Shown here: piece by piece, positions 1 to 11,393 of the stretch
Numbering within the stretch: position 1 is the first letter of the stretch
Layout of the letters: each line of letters opens with the position of its first letter
From: Sporopachydermia quercuum
Lineage: Eukaryota
Assembly (NCBI GenBank): GCA_001599295.1
Contig: BCGN01000001.1
Location: 2,294,001-2,358,000 of the forward strand
Length of the DNA: 64,000 nt
Direction of reading: 5' to 3'
The notes under the pieces: generated by a model
What the model was told of the DNA's origin: nothing
The model's input: only the letters and a program-made list of their open reading frames with translations
The model's database searches: none
Position numbers and translations under genes: made by a program

Positions 1-2
1 TA

Positions 3-1001
3 TTCTTCAATCTGTTTTTCGTATTCACGATGGCAGGTACTGCTAGTAATTATACAGCTTTGATTACTGACTCTACTAAGATCGCTTACCTTCTGGCTGC
101 AGCTATTAAGAATCTGGCATTGTTTTATGTAGATCTTATATTATTACAGGGCATTGGTTTGATGCCTCTAAGGCTTTTGCAGATTGGTGATACTTTCATC
201 GTGTCCTTTTGTAAGATATTCTGCTATACAGCAAGAGACTATTATGATTTGTTTTTTACTGCACCAGTGTTCAACTTTGGGTTAATTTTGCCGCAGCATA
301 TCCTGATACTGATAATTACTGTCATCTACTCAGTGCTTTCGACAAAAGTTGTGTGCTCCGGGTTGGCATATTTTGCTCTTGGCTACTTTGTATATAAATA
401 TCAATTGGTATATTCTATGCAAAATCCTCAGCATTCAACAGGACAAGCCTGGCCATTGATATTTCGACGGGTTTGTATTGGCTTAATTTTGTTTCAATTA
501 GCAATGGCTGGAACGTTTGCTTTAAGGAAAGCTTTTGTTTTATCCTTTTTAATGATTCCTTTACTATGGATGACAGGTATCACCATGTATAGATTCGAAA
601 AGGATTATCTTCCTCTATCATATTTCATTGCTCTGAGATCTATAAGAAATGACCCTTGGTCCAATATGGAAATTCCTTCAATCTATAGTGCTGGACTAGC
701 GGATAACGATGAAGATGATGCTATGATGAATTGGATAGAATTTCCCCCTCCTGAAAGTTCTAGTGGTATAAGAAAAAGGAAGAGAAAGATGACATTGGAT
801 GAGACGCGAGAACAGTTTCAACGTTATAAATACCCATATCTAACAAAATCTTTAGATGGTCCTTGGGTCGGCTTTGATGGCCAAGATATACTTATGATGG
901 AAATGGAGGATCTTCACGGTGATCCTGATGCGACTTTAACTTCGGTCGCTTCTTCAGGTAGGTTGGTTCGCCGGACTGTTAACAGTTTGGATAATTGGTA
1001 A
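3..1001 (+). CDS. CSC1: CSC1/OSCA (RSN1_7TM) family calcium-permeable stress-gated channel, C-terminal part; the 5' end lies outside the window
   Basis: The frame is open from base 3 (FFNLFFVFTMAGTASNY). It has multiple TM segments and the family motifs FVYKYQLVY and HSTGQAWPLIFRR. The paralog (CSC1 rather than RSN1/PHM7/SPO75) is assigned from recalled similarity. Confidence 0.85.
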   Translation, partial: FFNLFFVFTMAGTASNYTALITDSTKIAYLLAAAIKNLALFYVDLILLQGIGLMPLRLLQIGDTFIVSFCKIFCYTARDYYDLFFTAPVFNFGLILPQHILILIITVIYSVLSTKVVCSGLAYFALGYFVYKYQLVYSMQNPQHSTGQAWPLIFRRVCIGLILFQLAMAGTFALRKAFVLSFLMIPLLWMTGITMYRFEKDYLPLSYFIALRSIRNDPWSNMEIPSIYSAGLADNDEDDAMMNWIEFPPPESSSGIRKRKRKMTLDETREQFQRYKYPYLTKSLDGPWVGFDGQDILMMEMEDLHGDPDATLTSVASSGRLVRRTVNSLDNW

Positions 1002-1596
1002 ATGATAAGTAATATGAGTTTATTAAATAATTACATTAGTAATATATATGTTTTATTGGATGCGAGCCATCGTTGTAAAGTAAGGTACTAGTGGTAGGTT
1101 GGTGATCAGTTGCTTCATGCGCCCCTATGCACAATGGTCTCTTATGCATGGTGATGCTTCATCCAAGGGTGTTAAGGATGTTCATTAGATATATATATGT
1201 ATATTGCTTATTTGCAGCAATCCGAGTTCAAAGCTACCAATCAGAAGTTTTGTTAGATATTTATTATACAAGCACTTCTCATTTGTCATTTTAATCACAA
1301 AGTTAGCACTGTTCGATGGTAACTATTATTAGTATGTAACATAAGGTAAATTTCTATGCATACTTCTTGATCATGCATGAATCTTGAATCTTAATCTACT
1401 TTTCCAATTATTCCTCATTACATGAAGTTCTTAGAGACTCTTTTTTATCTATCTCAGTCTATGCCATTATAACTTCAATGAAATCTATAATAAAACTGAA
1501 TTAAATGTATTCATTGACTTCAGTACTTCATATGGTTGTTACTATCAACAGAATACATTGCACCCTCTTTACTAGTTGATCTCTCCATTATTCAAG

Positions 1597-2618
1597 ATGA
1601 GCACAATTACTTTCGTTACTGGTATGTGAGCGCCTTGATTATTAATAGTAAATTGAGCTCTAAGATCTACATCTGTGATCAATTCTTGTTGATACCACCA
1701 TAAGGATCATTGAGCATGAAAATTTTCCTACTGACACATTTTTAAACGAATAGGAAACAAAAATAAGCTGAAAGAAGTTGTAGCTATCCTCGCCCAAGGT
1801 CAGGGAGCCTCACAAGTTGGAAGTCATACAATTGTTAATCGAAGTTTGGATCTTGAAGAACTTCAAGGCACTGTAGAGGAAGTAACCATTAAGAAGGCTC
1901 AGACAGCTGCTCGTTTAGTAAGTATAATTTTATGATTTCTCTGCGGTATACAGAAGTTTTATTATTTACTGATTTGATCACTAATTATTTATTAGATCCA
2001 TGGTCCAGTTCTCGTTGAGGATACTTGCTTAGTATTCAATGCTTATAACGGTCTTCCAGGTCCATATATGTAAGTAGAAATCTGCAGATTTTTGATTCTT
2101 TTATTTTTATTAATCTGAAGATAAAGCGAGTTTTTACTAATGCTTTTGTTTCAGCAAATGGTTTTTGGAGTCTGTTGGTCTTGAAGGTCTTAACAAGATG
2201 CTTGCTGGGTTTGAGGATAAAAGTGCTGAAGCCATATGTACCTTCGGATACTGTGAAGGGCCTGATAGGGAAGTCAAGCTGTTCCAAGGAATAACTGAAG
2301 TATGTATAAAATAGAGATTATTGAAGTGAACAACATTATACATATTGATGCTTAATGCGTGGATTATAACTAATATGGTTTTAGGGCTCGATTGTTCCAC
2401 CTAGAGGATCACTTGATTTTGGTTGGGATCCTGTTTTCCAACCAAGGGGATATGATTTGACGTGAGTAATTGGAAGAATTTTCTTATCCACTGATAAGTA
2501 CCTTCATAAGAACTAACAAATATTCAGATACGGAGAGATGGATAAAGAACTGAAAAATACAATGAGTCATAGATATAGAGCACTTGACAAATTGAGGTCT
2601 TATCTATTGGAAAACTAA
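1597..2618 (+). CDS. HAM1: Inosine triphosphate pyrophosphatase (Ham1/ITPA), 6 exons
   Basis: Exons 1597-1621, 1754-1917, 1996-2069, 2155-2299, 2385-2461 and 2528-2618 are joined by GT..AG introns with CTAAY/CTGAC-type branch points. They give [59 protein letters not shown], which covers the ITPase motifs. Confidence 0.96.
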
Positions 2619-2733
2619 TAGACATGGAAAGAAACCATCAAAGAATATTATTCTGTAATTATTATACATATCTAGAAGTCTAAAGAATAAATATCATTAA
2701 AATACATCCGACAAACGGAATAAACATAAACGT

Positions 2734-3336
2734 TTAACTGTCATTATTGTCTCCTTCGCCGTCTTCATCCTGATTATTGTTTTCTATTCTAGCATCTATA
2801 ACTCCTTCTGGATGATCTTCTTTCCATTGATTATACCACTGGGTAATTCTTTCAACGTTTGATTCCATCTCGTCAGCATTGTTGCTCTCTAGCTCAACAA
2901 CAATTTGAGGAGCATATGAATCTCTTGCTTCTTGGGCAATAACTTCCATGATCTCAACATCAAGATTCTCTTGGATTTTAGACTCTGGATACTCCCTTTT
3001 CTTCAATCTATCATATAGAATAGAGTTATCTACTCGAAGAACCACGACTAGATCGATTAATCGTTCAGGAAATATTTCGCTTACATGCCAATCAATAATT
3101 ACTCCACCTTGATCCAAATCTTCTTCGATAGCGTCCAATAGTTTATCTTCATCTACTATATGGCATTGCCTCACTTCATCATAGCCGTCAAAACATTTTC
3201 TTTCTCTAGCAACGTCGCTGATGGAGAAAACTCTCATTCCTGGTATGCTGTCAGTTACAAGTTGTGAATGGCTTGATTTTCCTGATCCCGGTGTACCAGT
3301 TATGATGATATTCGGTAGATTTCTTGCAATTCCCAT
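2734..3336 (-). CDS. FAP7: Adenylate kinase 6 / 40S maturation ATPase
   Basis: P-loop NIIITGTPGSGKS, IIDWH motif, FPERLIDLVVVLR and KIQENLDVEIM. Confidence 0.95.
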   Translation of the reverse strand: MGIARNLPNIIITGTPGSGKSSHSQLVTDSIPGMRVFSISDVARERKCFDGYDEVRQCHIVDEDKLLDAIEEDLDQGGVIIDWHVSEIFPERLIDLVVVLRVDNSILYDRLKKREYPESKIQENLDVEIMEVIAQEARDSYAPQIVVELESNNADEMESNVERITQWYNQWKEDHPEGVIDARIENNNQDEDGEGDNNDS

Positions 3337-3907
3337 TGTATTTGATGTTATAGATGATATATGATATGATATGTGTATATATGATCTTTGATATTTGATA
3401 CTTGTATACTAAGGGTATGATCTGATAGTAGTGACCTATGGTTCTTCCAGAATTAAACCCTATCAAAAGGCTACCGCTTATTCTAATAACCCTGAATAGT
3501 CAATAAAGAGCGTTACTATATTTTATTGTTATAATACAAACATAAGCTCATGACACTCTGCTCTTCTACTCATTAGCATAGCATATTTTTATGTAAGATC
3601 AATAGTACAATATCAACCAAGCAAGCCTTTTCGCACTAACTAAAAATTTTGTTCATCGCAATTGAAGTGAGACTTGATAAATCTTGTCCGGTCTTACGGT
3701 AACCCTTACTTACTACACTCAACCAAACAGTGCAATATCTTGTGCTTACAATGCTACACACATTTTATAGTTTCCACTATCACTCACTCAGGTTGTCCGG
3801 TCTCCTAGTAATTAATCCGTAGTCTTTAGAAGAACCCTCACAGAGAAAACAACCTCCGACCAAAAGTCTCTCTTATGCCCCCAATAATAAAAGGGAAAAA
3901 AAAAATA

Positions 3908-3915
3908 CCGGGTAA
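3908..3915 (+). promoter_or_regulatory. Reb1-type site in the divergent FAP7/NOT2 promoter
   Basis: Exact CCGGGTAA next to a poly(A) tract. Confidence 0.55.
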
Positions 3916-4430
3916 CTTTTTGTATGGTACATGACTTAGTATCACCAGCTTAACTAGGTACAAGTTTTGAGGATTTTGTTCTGTGTCCTTGATGATAGAA
4001 AGATAGAGGGTAAATACTGGAAGAAGGTGAACGTAATAAACATATTTGAAAATATTATAAGCTCAAGAGCATTGTGTATGTTTGAGTTAAGGTAAGTTGG
4101 AAAAGATTACGAATTGGGGTTTGTTTGAACTGTTCGTATGTAGATAATGGAAGGTAAGGAATAGTGGTGATGATGGTATTGATAAAAAGTGAAAAATGAT
4201 GAATGGATGACTGTTTGAGAGTTGCACTTACTGTTGAATAGTCTGAACGAGCAGATGGATGAGTTTTATAAGCTGTATGATAACTGATTATAAAGAACAA
4301 ACCACTATAAGAGATAAAATGGAATTATTGGAGATATCACCGCAATGGTTTAAGAGAATACTGTGCGGTTCTGGAGCACTCATCATTATACACTAAGAAT
4401 AGCATTTTTTGATAGGAATGAAGAAAAGTT

Positions 4431-4460
4431 AACAACAACAACAACAACAACAACAGCAAC
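4431..4460 (+). repeat. (AAC)n microsatellite, non-coding
   Basis: Directly visible; (TGAAT)4 follows at about 4522-4541. Confidence 0.9.
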
Positions 4461-4789
4461 TGAAAAATAAGCAATATGTTATAACAAGAGAGAAAAGAAT
4501 TATTCCCTTGAAAAGTTGAACTGAATTGAATTGAATTGAATAGACTATCATTTCCGGCATGTGTAACTCAAATTGCTATACATTATAAATTATTCAATGC
4601 AATGCCTTCATTCGTCACTAGCAGCTTTCCTTTCAAACATTGTAACACGAGCAACTTTTTTCATAGCTAAACTGCAGAATACTTCAAATCCACGTGAAAC
4701 TAACAATCAATTCTTTCTCTTAGGATTGAATTTGACTACCTCATTTTTAATTCATCATTCAACCATTGCACTTTTGGTAGTAATACAAC

Positions 4790-5822
4790 ATGCATTCTGG
4801 TCAGATAAACCCAATAAATAAGCCAGGGGCTTCATTTGCTCAAGTGGCAGCTTCTACAGGTAGTAGAAATAGTTCTGGAGCTCATATTGGCAACAAGATA
4901 TCAAGCTTGGACAGTTCTGATTTCCCAGCTTTAGGTCGAACCTATAGTCAGAGTGGGTACAACAATGTATGTTATAGCGAGCTATATAATTAAGCAATCA
5001 AACAAATCGGATCGGAACAAGTTAATTCAAAGCAAAGTAAAAAAATACATATTAACAATATTTAGTCACCACGGATATTACCACCAGGACTAGCTAGTGA
5101 GCAAAAACCTGATTTCACCCAAGATGCCTTTCCTGCTCTACAAAGCAAAGTAAGTAAAATTAAGGGAGATGAACGAAATGATTTCATAGGTGTTGATCCA
5201 CGCAATTTACATATTCTAACAAGTGTTTGCATAGAAGTCTCAAAAAGCCAACAACACACAACCATCAAGTCATCAACCGCAACAGAACAGCAGTAGTAAC
5301 CAAAGCAACACCGATTTAGACCGATTTGGATTGCAAGGACTAATGGGGATGGTGCGTATGGACCAAAACAATGAAAATGCCTTTGCTATAGGGAACGATC
5401 TAAGCAAAATTGGCTTAAACATGCAACCTACGCAAGCACCATTATCTCGAGCGTTCACATCGCCATGGGTAGAAACTGATGCGGGAGATGTAGCTCCAAG
5501 ATTTAGAGTACCAGCATGCTACGAAGTTCCAAACGTAGTTCCAGCATCCGAAGCCCGAATGAATGTATTCAGTGACGAAACGTTGTTTTACATCTTCTAT
5601 ACAATGCCAAGAGATCTACTACAAGAGTTAGCAGCCAGGGAGCTAGTGACTCGAAATTGGAGATTCCATAAAGAGTTCAAACTATGGCTTACCAAAGATG
5701 TTAATAATGAACCTATACAACAATCGCCTCAGAGTGAAAGAGGAGTGTATATTTTCTTTGATCCACATAAATGGGAACATGTGAAGAGGGAGATTGTTTT
5801 GTTCTATCAGGCAATTGTTTGA
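4790..5822 (+). CDS. CDC36: CCR4-NOT subunit Not2, 3 coding exons
   Basis: Exons 4790-4966, 5066-5149 and 5235-5822 (phase-0 GT..AG introns). NOT box FSDETLFYIFYTMPRDLLQELAARELVTRNWRFHK, DRFGLQGL, and two N-terminal FPAL motifs. Confidence 0.93.
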
Positions 5823-8804
5823 GAAGACTGTATTGTATAATTAGCTGATGATGTCAACAAAATGATACTATAGTATGATTATTACTCTTACTCTTTTCTC
5901 TTTGTCAAATATAGCATTGAGGGTGCTGTTGATTCATGGTTAAACTGTTTTTTATGCATTATAGCAATCCAGATCATCAATTCTTTTATCGGCTTTATTC
6001 GAAAAACTTCCTAGATGTCTTCCATCTACCATATGTTTTTATTTTGTTGATTTCAATGATGCAATACAGTTCCCCAAATGGATTCTCTATTGTCATGATC
6101 TCTAAGCTATTGACCGTCGTTTCAGTGTTTAATAGCTGATTATGGATTAATGTATATAGTGTTGATGGTTAAAAGATAATAGTACTACTCCTTGTATTTC
6201 TACAGAATGTGGTTACATCGCGGTCGTAGTGTCTGAAGAAAAGTGTGATAATGAAAGAACAGTTTTCGGCACACCATAATGAATAGGAGTAACGTATAAG
6301 ATCAACACAATACCAGGTAATACTAGGTAATTCTGAAAGCCGGCTTAGCAAAAGATGTCTTCACTGATTAATATGATTCTGGGAAACCTCTAGCTCTTCT
6401 TGTATACATAAACATAAACATCAATTAGACAACAGAACGATAAATTAACGAATAATTAGGTGTACCTATAACTACTTCACATACATTTCCAATCTATAAA
6501 AAGAGACATCGGACTCTTTAAGTGGAATAACTAACCAGCTATTACACTGAATCATTTTAAAGGTTTATTTCACTAGACCTTATTCTACTAATAGCAGAGT
6601 AAACCCGTACTGATGTTAAATAATATAATGTCAGTCAAGACAAAGATTGCTTCTCATCATTGAACTAGCTTTATTAAGTTGGTCAAAAACGGTTTCGCAT
6701 AAGCGAAGCCGTTGTTTGATTGAATAGGGAAGATTCTCCAATATTCAGTCAAATAAAAGCAAGTCGAAGAGTTAATCAATCGGTAATCATGAGCTTAGTT
6801 TTAATTCGTAGCTATGAAACGGTGAAGTAAAAGGATGAGATGTTAACAAAAAGACATGATGAGATTTATAATATATAAAGTTTACTTGCCAAATAGAGAT
6901 TAATGAGGTCCCCACAAACTTAAGTTCAAAACTAAATCTGTTTTACACACTACTCTCTAGCGTAAAACTGGTTTTGATTAATATTCAGGCCAACCATTGA
7001 CAGCGCATTGTATTTACCTATCTTCTCTAAAATCGTCCCGCAGTTTACAGGTATGTTTAGTCCATTCTATGAAGTTCTATGAAGGAAACATTTGCATGGG
7101 GTTTACTTTTCGAAACTTTGGTCTGATCTGACTGCTGGGAAAACATGACTTTTGATGGTTTCAACTCTAAAAGTAACGGTACCTGAATAGTTGAATGCAT
7201 GCACTAAAGCCAAACAAAATTGGTGCTATTTTACCTTTGTTGAAGCATTATGAAAAAAAATTAAAATTTTAGAATTAAAATAAGTAAAATAAAATAAATT
7301 AAAAATTAAAAATTAAAAGAAGAATGCATCTATATGGATCATATTTCAATATCTCAAGCATTGGCAGCAGAGTGATATCTTCAACTGATGAGCTGAATCT
7401 ATGCTGTGCCTACAACAACAGCGCTGATTCTATCAAGAATACTAACTACTGGGAATTTCAAACTCTATTTAAAGGATTTTGGAAGAAACACTAATGGCAT
7501 CTGAACATGTTTTCGGTTCAACGTTCAAAGAGATTCGATCTTGCTCAACAGTATATTGATCTGACTAACAAGCAAATCTCTATAATATGTAAATCACTTC
7601 AACGCTTGTAAGCTAAAAGCTCTGCCCCCATCAATAAGCAAGCAATCTTTTACTTGTATTTGCTCTAACAAATGCTGCTCTTCTCTAATCCTAAATATTA
7701 AGCCTTACAATAGTGAGGTCTATAGCAATAAAATAGCAATCAATGCATTGAACGGAACATACCCCGAGATCTTACTCAATCTGAAGTAGTTCCGTTCGGT
7801 TATTTCGTATACAAACCACTGTGAATCACCGCGAATATCGCATACTATTGGAAGAAACTTTACCCCAGATTTTGTCCATTATCGACTTCCATAGGTTAAA
7901 AAGGCCTACATGTTCACCTGTTCTTCGTCTATAAGAATTACTTTGATCTCCATCTCAACTCTAATCAAAGGCAACAAACAGCCTACTAAATAGGTAGTTG
8001 AGTTCCCCATACAATTTCGGCACAAATTTGAGAGTGCGGGACAATTATTGTGTACGGAGATAACTTTATTTTATTGTTGGTTTGAATGGCGTACTAGGAT
8101 GAAAGTTGGGAGTTTTTTGAGAGTATGAAAAAAGGAATGCGCTTGATGAATTGGATTGTGAAATAATATAAACCTCAGTTTTTGTTTGTTATATCATGTT
8201 ATGAGATTCCTCAAAGAAATTGTTATTTAATAGTTCCATTGTCAAGTAACTGCTTGAATGAACGCTGAAGAAAGGAAGAAGTTTAAGTTATAGTACTGGT
8301 AACTTTACTTATAATACAACCTTAAGTTTATACGAAGAGGATTTCATCCTCTTTTCAAAGAAACTATCATCATTTTAGTAAACAACATGTTTTCTTTATT
8401 CGACTTGCACGCTATTTCTTAAACTCTAACAATTACTGATATTTAAATGATACTAAAATATTAGAATAGAGGATAAGAAATGATTTAGGTTTACTATTTT
8501 CGTATGTTTGTGTATTTATTACAAGGCAGCTTTGATGGGGAAACAAAATTCCTCTACCATCAGCAAGCTGATGACCAATTCAGTTACAATCGGGGTTGAC
8601 AGTTTATGAAATGCAAGAATATGACAGGTCCCTCTTATATAAATTGAGAAGAATCTCTTCGTTTTCATCAGTCTTCTTTGTTGATTCTTCATTCAAGTAC
8701 CATTGTGTCGAAGCACTGACTATTAGTTTTCAATAATCACTATCTTATTCAACTAGGGAAACCAATACTATACTTTTAACATATCATAGAATTAGTCATT
8801 GACA

Positions 8805-10076
8805 ATGCCTACTGCTTATGAAAGAGTACCAGAATTCAAAACTGCTGAGTTCCTCAGAAAGAGGATCATCATTGTGGGTGCAGGACCCACTGGTTTGTTC
8901 CTTGCTTACAAGCTTCTTAGAGAAGGAGTTGATGTTCTCGTTCTTGAGGCTGAACAAGAAATCGCTAAATCACCAAGAGCCATTGTTTATATGCCAATTG
9001 TTCTTAATGAAATGAACAAGGTTGGTTTACTCGAACCTTTAAGAAAAATCTCTGCTACCAACAACACTGGTTTTATTTTCAGAACTCCATATGCTGACGG
9101 TGATACGATCTTAGCCAATCTAAAAGAACTTCTTCTTCCCAAGAATGAAGTCAAGTTTGGATGCGTGGGCTTACACACTGGTCAAGACAAACTAGCTGAA
9201 TTAATTCTTGAACATGCTCAAACGTATTCTAACTTTGAATTGAGATATGGAGAAAGAGTTGCTGGTGTTAGAAACGCTGATGATGGTACTGTTGAACTTG
9301 TTACTACCACTAAGAGAGGCGAAGTGTTCTATAAAGCTGATTACGTTGTTGGAGCTGACGGAGCCGGTTCTGGTGTCAGAAAATCACTGGTGATTCCATT
9401 TGAAGGCTTCACATGGGGTGATTTCAGATTTGTTGCTACAAACGTGATTTATCCTTTTGCTGAACATGGTTACGGACCTATCAATATGATTGTTCACGAA
9501 AACGATTGGGCTGTAATTGCTAGAACTTCAGTTGAAGAAGAAAACATTTGGAGAATTGCATATGGTGTACCAACTGATATTCCTGATGATGAAATTATTA
9601 ACACAGTTCAAGCCAAATACGAGAGATTGTTGCCAGGACCAAGACCTTTACCTGAGTACAAGTTGCTCTCTTGCCAACCTTACTGGGCTCATCAACGATG
9701 TGCTAAGACTTATAAACAGGGTAATGTAGTATTATGTGGCGATGCTGCTCACTCAAATAATCCAATTGGTGGTTTAGGATTAACAACTGGTTTGCTAGAT
9801 GCTGCCGCCCTTGGTAACTGTTTCATCAGAATATTTACAAAGAATGAACCAAACCCAGATAAACTCTTAGAAGAGTATGCTGCTGTTCGACGCGAAGCTT
9901 GGTTGTCTTATACTTGTCCATCTAGTATTGAAAACAAACTGAGACTTCATGGTCAAGACGAGGAATCTACTAAGAAGAGAAACGAATTTTTCCAGGCTCT
10001 AAATAATAATCAAGAATTTGCTTTACAAGTCGCAAGAGAGATGAATCAAGTATTGATTGAGAACTTCGAAGCTTGA
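8805..10076 (+). CDS. Group A FAD-dependent aromatic monooxygenase (FAD_binding_3), PnpA-like
   Basis: GAGPTG, GADGAGS and GDAAH fingerprints. Intronless, first ATG at 8805, TATATAAA at 8636-8643. Confidence 0.92.
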   Translation: MPTAYERVPEFKTAEFLRKRIIIVGAGPTGLFLAYKLLREGVDVLVLEAEQEIAKSPRAIVYMPIVLNEMNKVGLLEPLRKISATNNTGFIFRTPYADGDTILANLKELLLPKNEVKFGCVGLHTGQDKLAELILEHAQTYSNFELRYGERVAGVRNADDGTVELVTTTKRGEVFYKADYVVGADGAGSGVRKSLVIPFEGFTWGDFRFVATNVIYPFAEHGYGPINMIVHENDWAVIARTSVEEENIWRIAYGVPTDIPDDEIINTVQAKYERLLPGPRPLPEYKLLSCQPYWAHQRCAKTYKQGNVVLCGDAAHSNNPIGGLGLTTGLLDAAALGNCFIRIFTKNEPNPDKLLEEYAAVRREAWLSYTCPSSIENKLRLHGQDEESTKKRNEFFQALNNNQEFALQVAREMNQVLIENFEA

Positions 10077-10635
10077 TTTATGGAAATGAAAGAAATGTCG
10101 AGACAAGATAAACAAGATTTATGATTGTCATCTGCACTGAGCTTTATTTTTTAGTATGAATTGTTAGAAGATATTGTATAAATGATACATTATTCATGAT
10201 TGTCGAATTCACAAGAACTCGTAGATGTATGACACTGATAACTACGCGTAACAACGACAATACTCCCTAATAGAACCAGCCTAGTCTGCAAGTCTTAGCA
10301 GAGATTGGGTTAATTTGATTGAAAAACTAAAGTGCAGGTTGATATATAGCTTATTTATAATAGTTTTCAGCTAGAAATAATCATCAGCAAGAAAGACCAA
10401 GTAACAATAGCTTTATGTATGGAGATAAAGATAGATACGGAGACCCTTTTTTCTGTTTCTCGAGCGAGACCCTCCCTATATTTACTTATAATATGTATTA
10501 CGATCACGTAATAATTGAATGATAGGCTTTATTGCAAGCGATCGCCTTGCATGATCATGCATCAAATGCATTGAATAAATATTCAAGTGTTCTTTGAGGT
10601 ATGATTATGTAATCTGGAGCTTGTGAACTCTTTTT

Positions 10636-10643
10636 CCGGGTAA
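10636..10643 (+). promoter_or_regulatory. Reb1-type site upstream of COX24
   Basis: Exact CCGGGTAA. Confidence 0.5.
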
Positions 10644-11033
10644 CCATTTCTGAAATTTTTGTCAGACGAAGTATTGGACCTTCGAAGAAGACTAATATAA
10701 TATACAATGATGATAATACTATAGGATACGAAAAGGTATAAAATATATATCGTCAGATCAGTCTTATAAGTTGAAAACTGTGTAACTGTCCTTGTCACTA
10801 GAAATCAGTGTTTTGGCGTTGTTCGATAGCCAAAATTTCCACTGGTTTGGTTTGAAGTTTGAGGTAGTCAATTCATTCTTGGTGTTATTGAGGATTGCAT
10901 GATTTAGGAATTAGTTTACTATTGAAGGAGTGAAGGTGAATTAATCATAGAAGTCTACAAATTTGATAACTGGGTTATCCCAACTTCCCTGAAGTAGTAT
11001 AGACTAGCGTGCAACTAAAAAATCGAAACCATA

Positions 11034-11393
11034 ATGAGTGCAATTCGTATATCAGAGGCTTTAACGAGAAGCTTCACTAGACTAAGCATTCATGTAGGTG
11101 GAAAACCAACAGCTAGTAGTCTCGTGAAGTCAAGTACTCTGCTATCAAGAAAGTATGCAACTACAGTAAATAAGATTGGACAAGATCTGAGTTGTTTTGG
11201 AGCTTTCCCTGTAGTTGGAATGTTCAATAATGGAAAGAAATATTCTGCAGAGTCGACAATGGTGGAACCTGAATCAAATCTGAAATATGAACTTGACAGT
11301 GTACTAAGAAAAAGAAGAAAGAAGATGAAGAAGCATAAGCTAAAAAAGAGAAGAAAGGCACAGAAAGCACTTAGAAGAAAGCTGAATAAATGA
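11034..11393 (+). CDS. COX24: Mitochondrial small-subunit ribosomal protein mS38 (DUF1713)
   Basis: Presequence-like N-terminus and C-terminal DSVLRKRRKKMKKHKLKKRRK. Confidence 0.88.
   Translation: MSAIRISEALTRSFTRLSIHVGGKPTASSLVKSSTLLSRKYATTVNKIGQDLSCFGAFPVVGMFNNGKKYSAESTMVEPESNLKYELDSVLRKRRKKMKKHKLKKRRKAQKALRRKLNK

Noticed and set aside
2036..2400. Two minus-strand ORFs
   Set aside because: Antisense to HAM1 exons.
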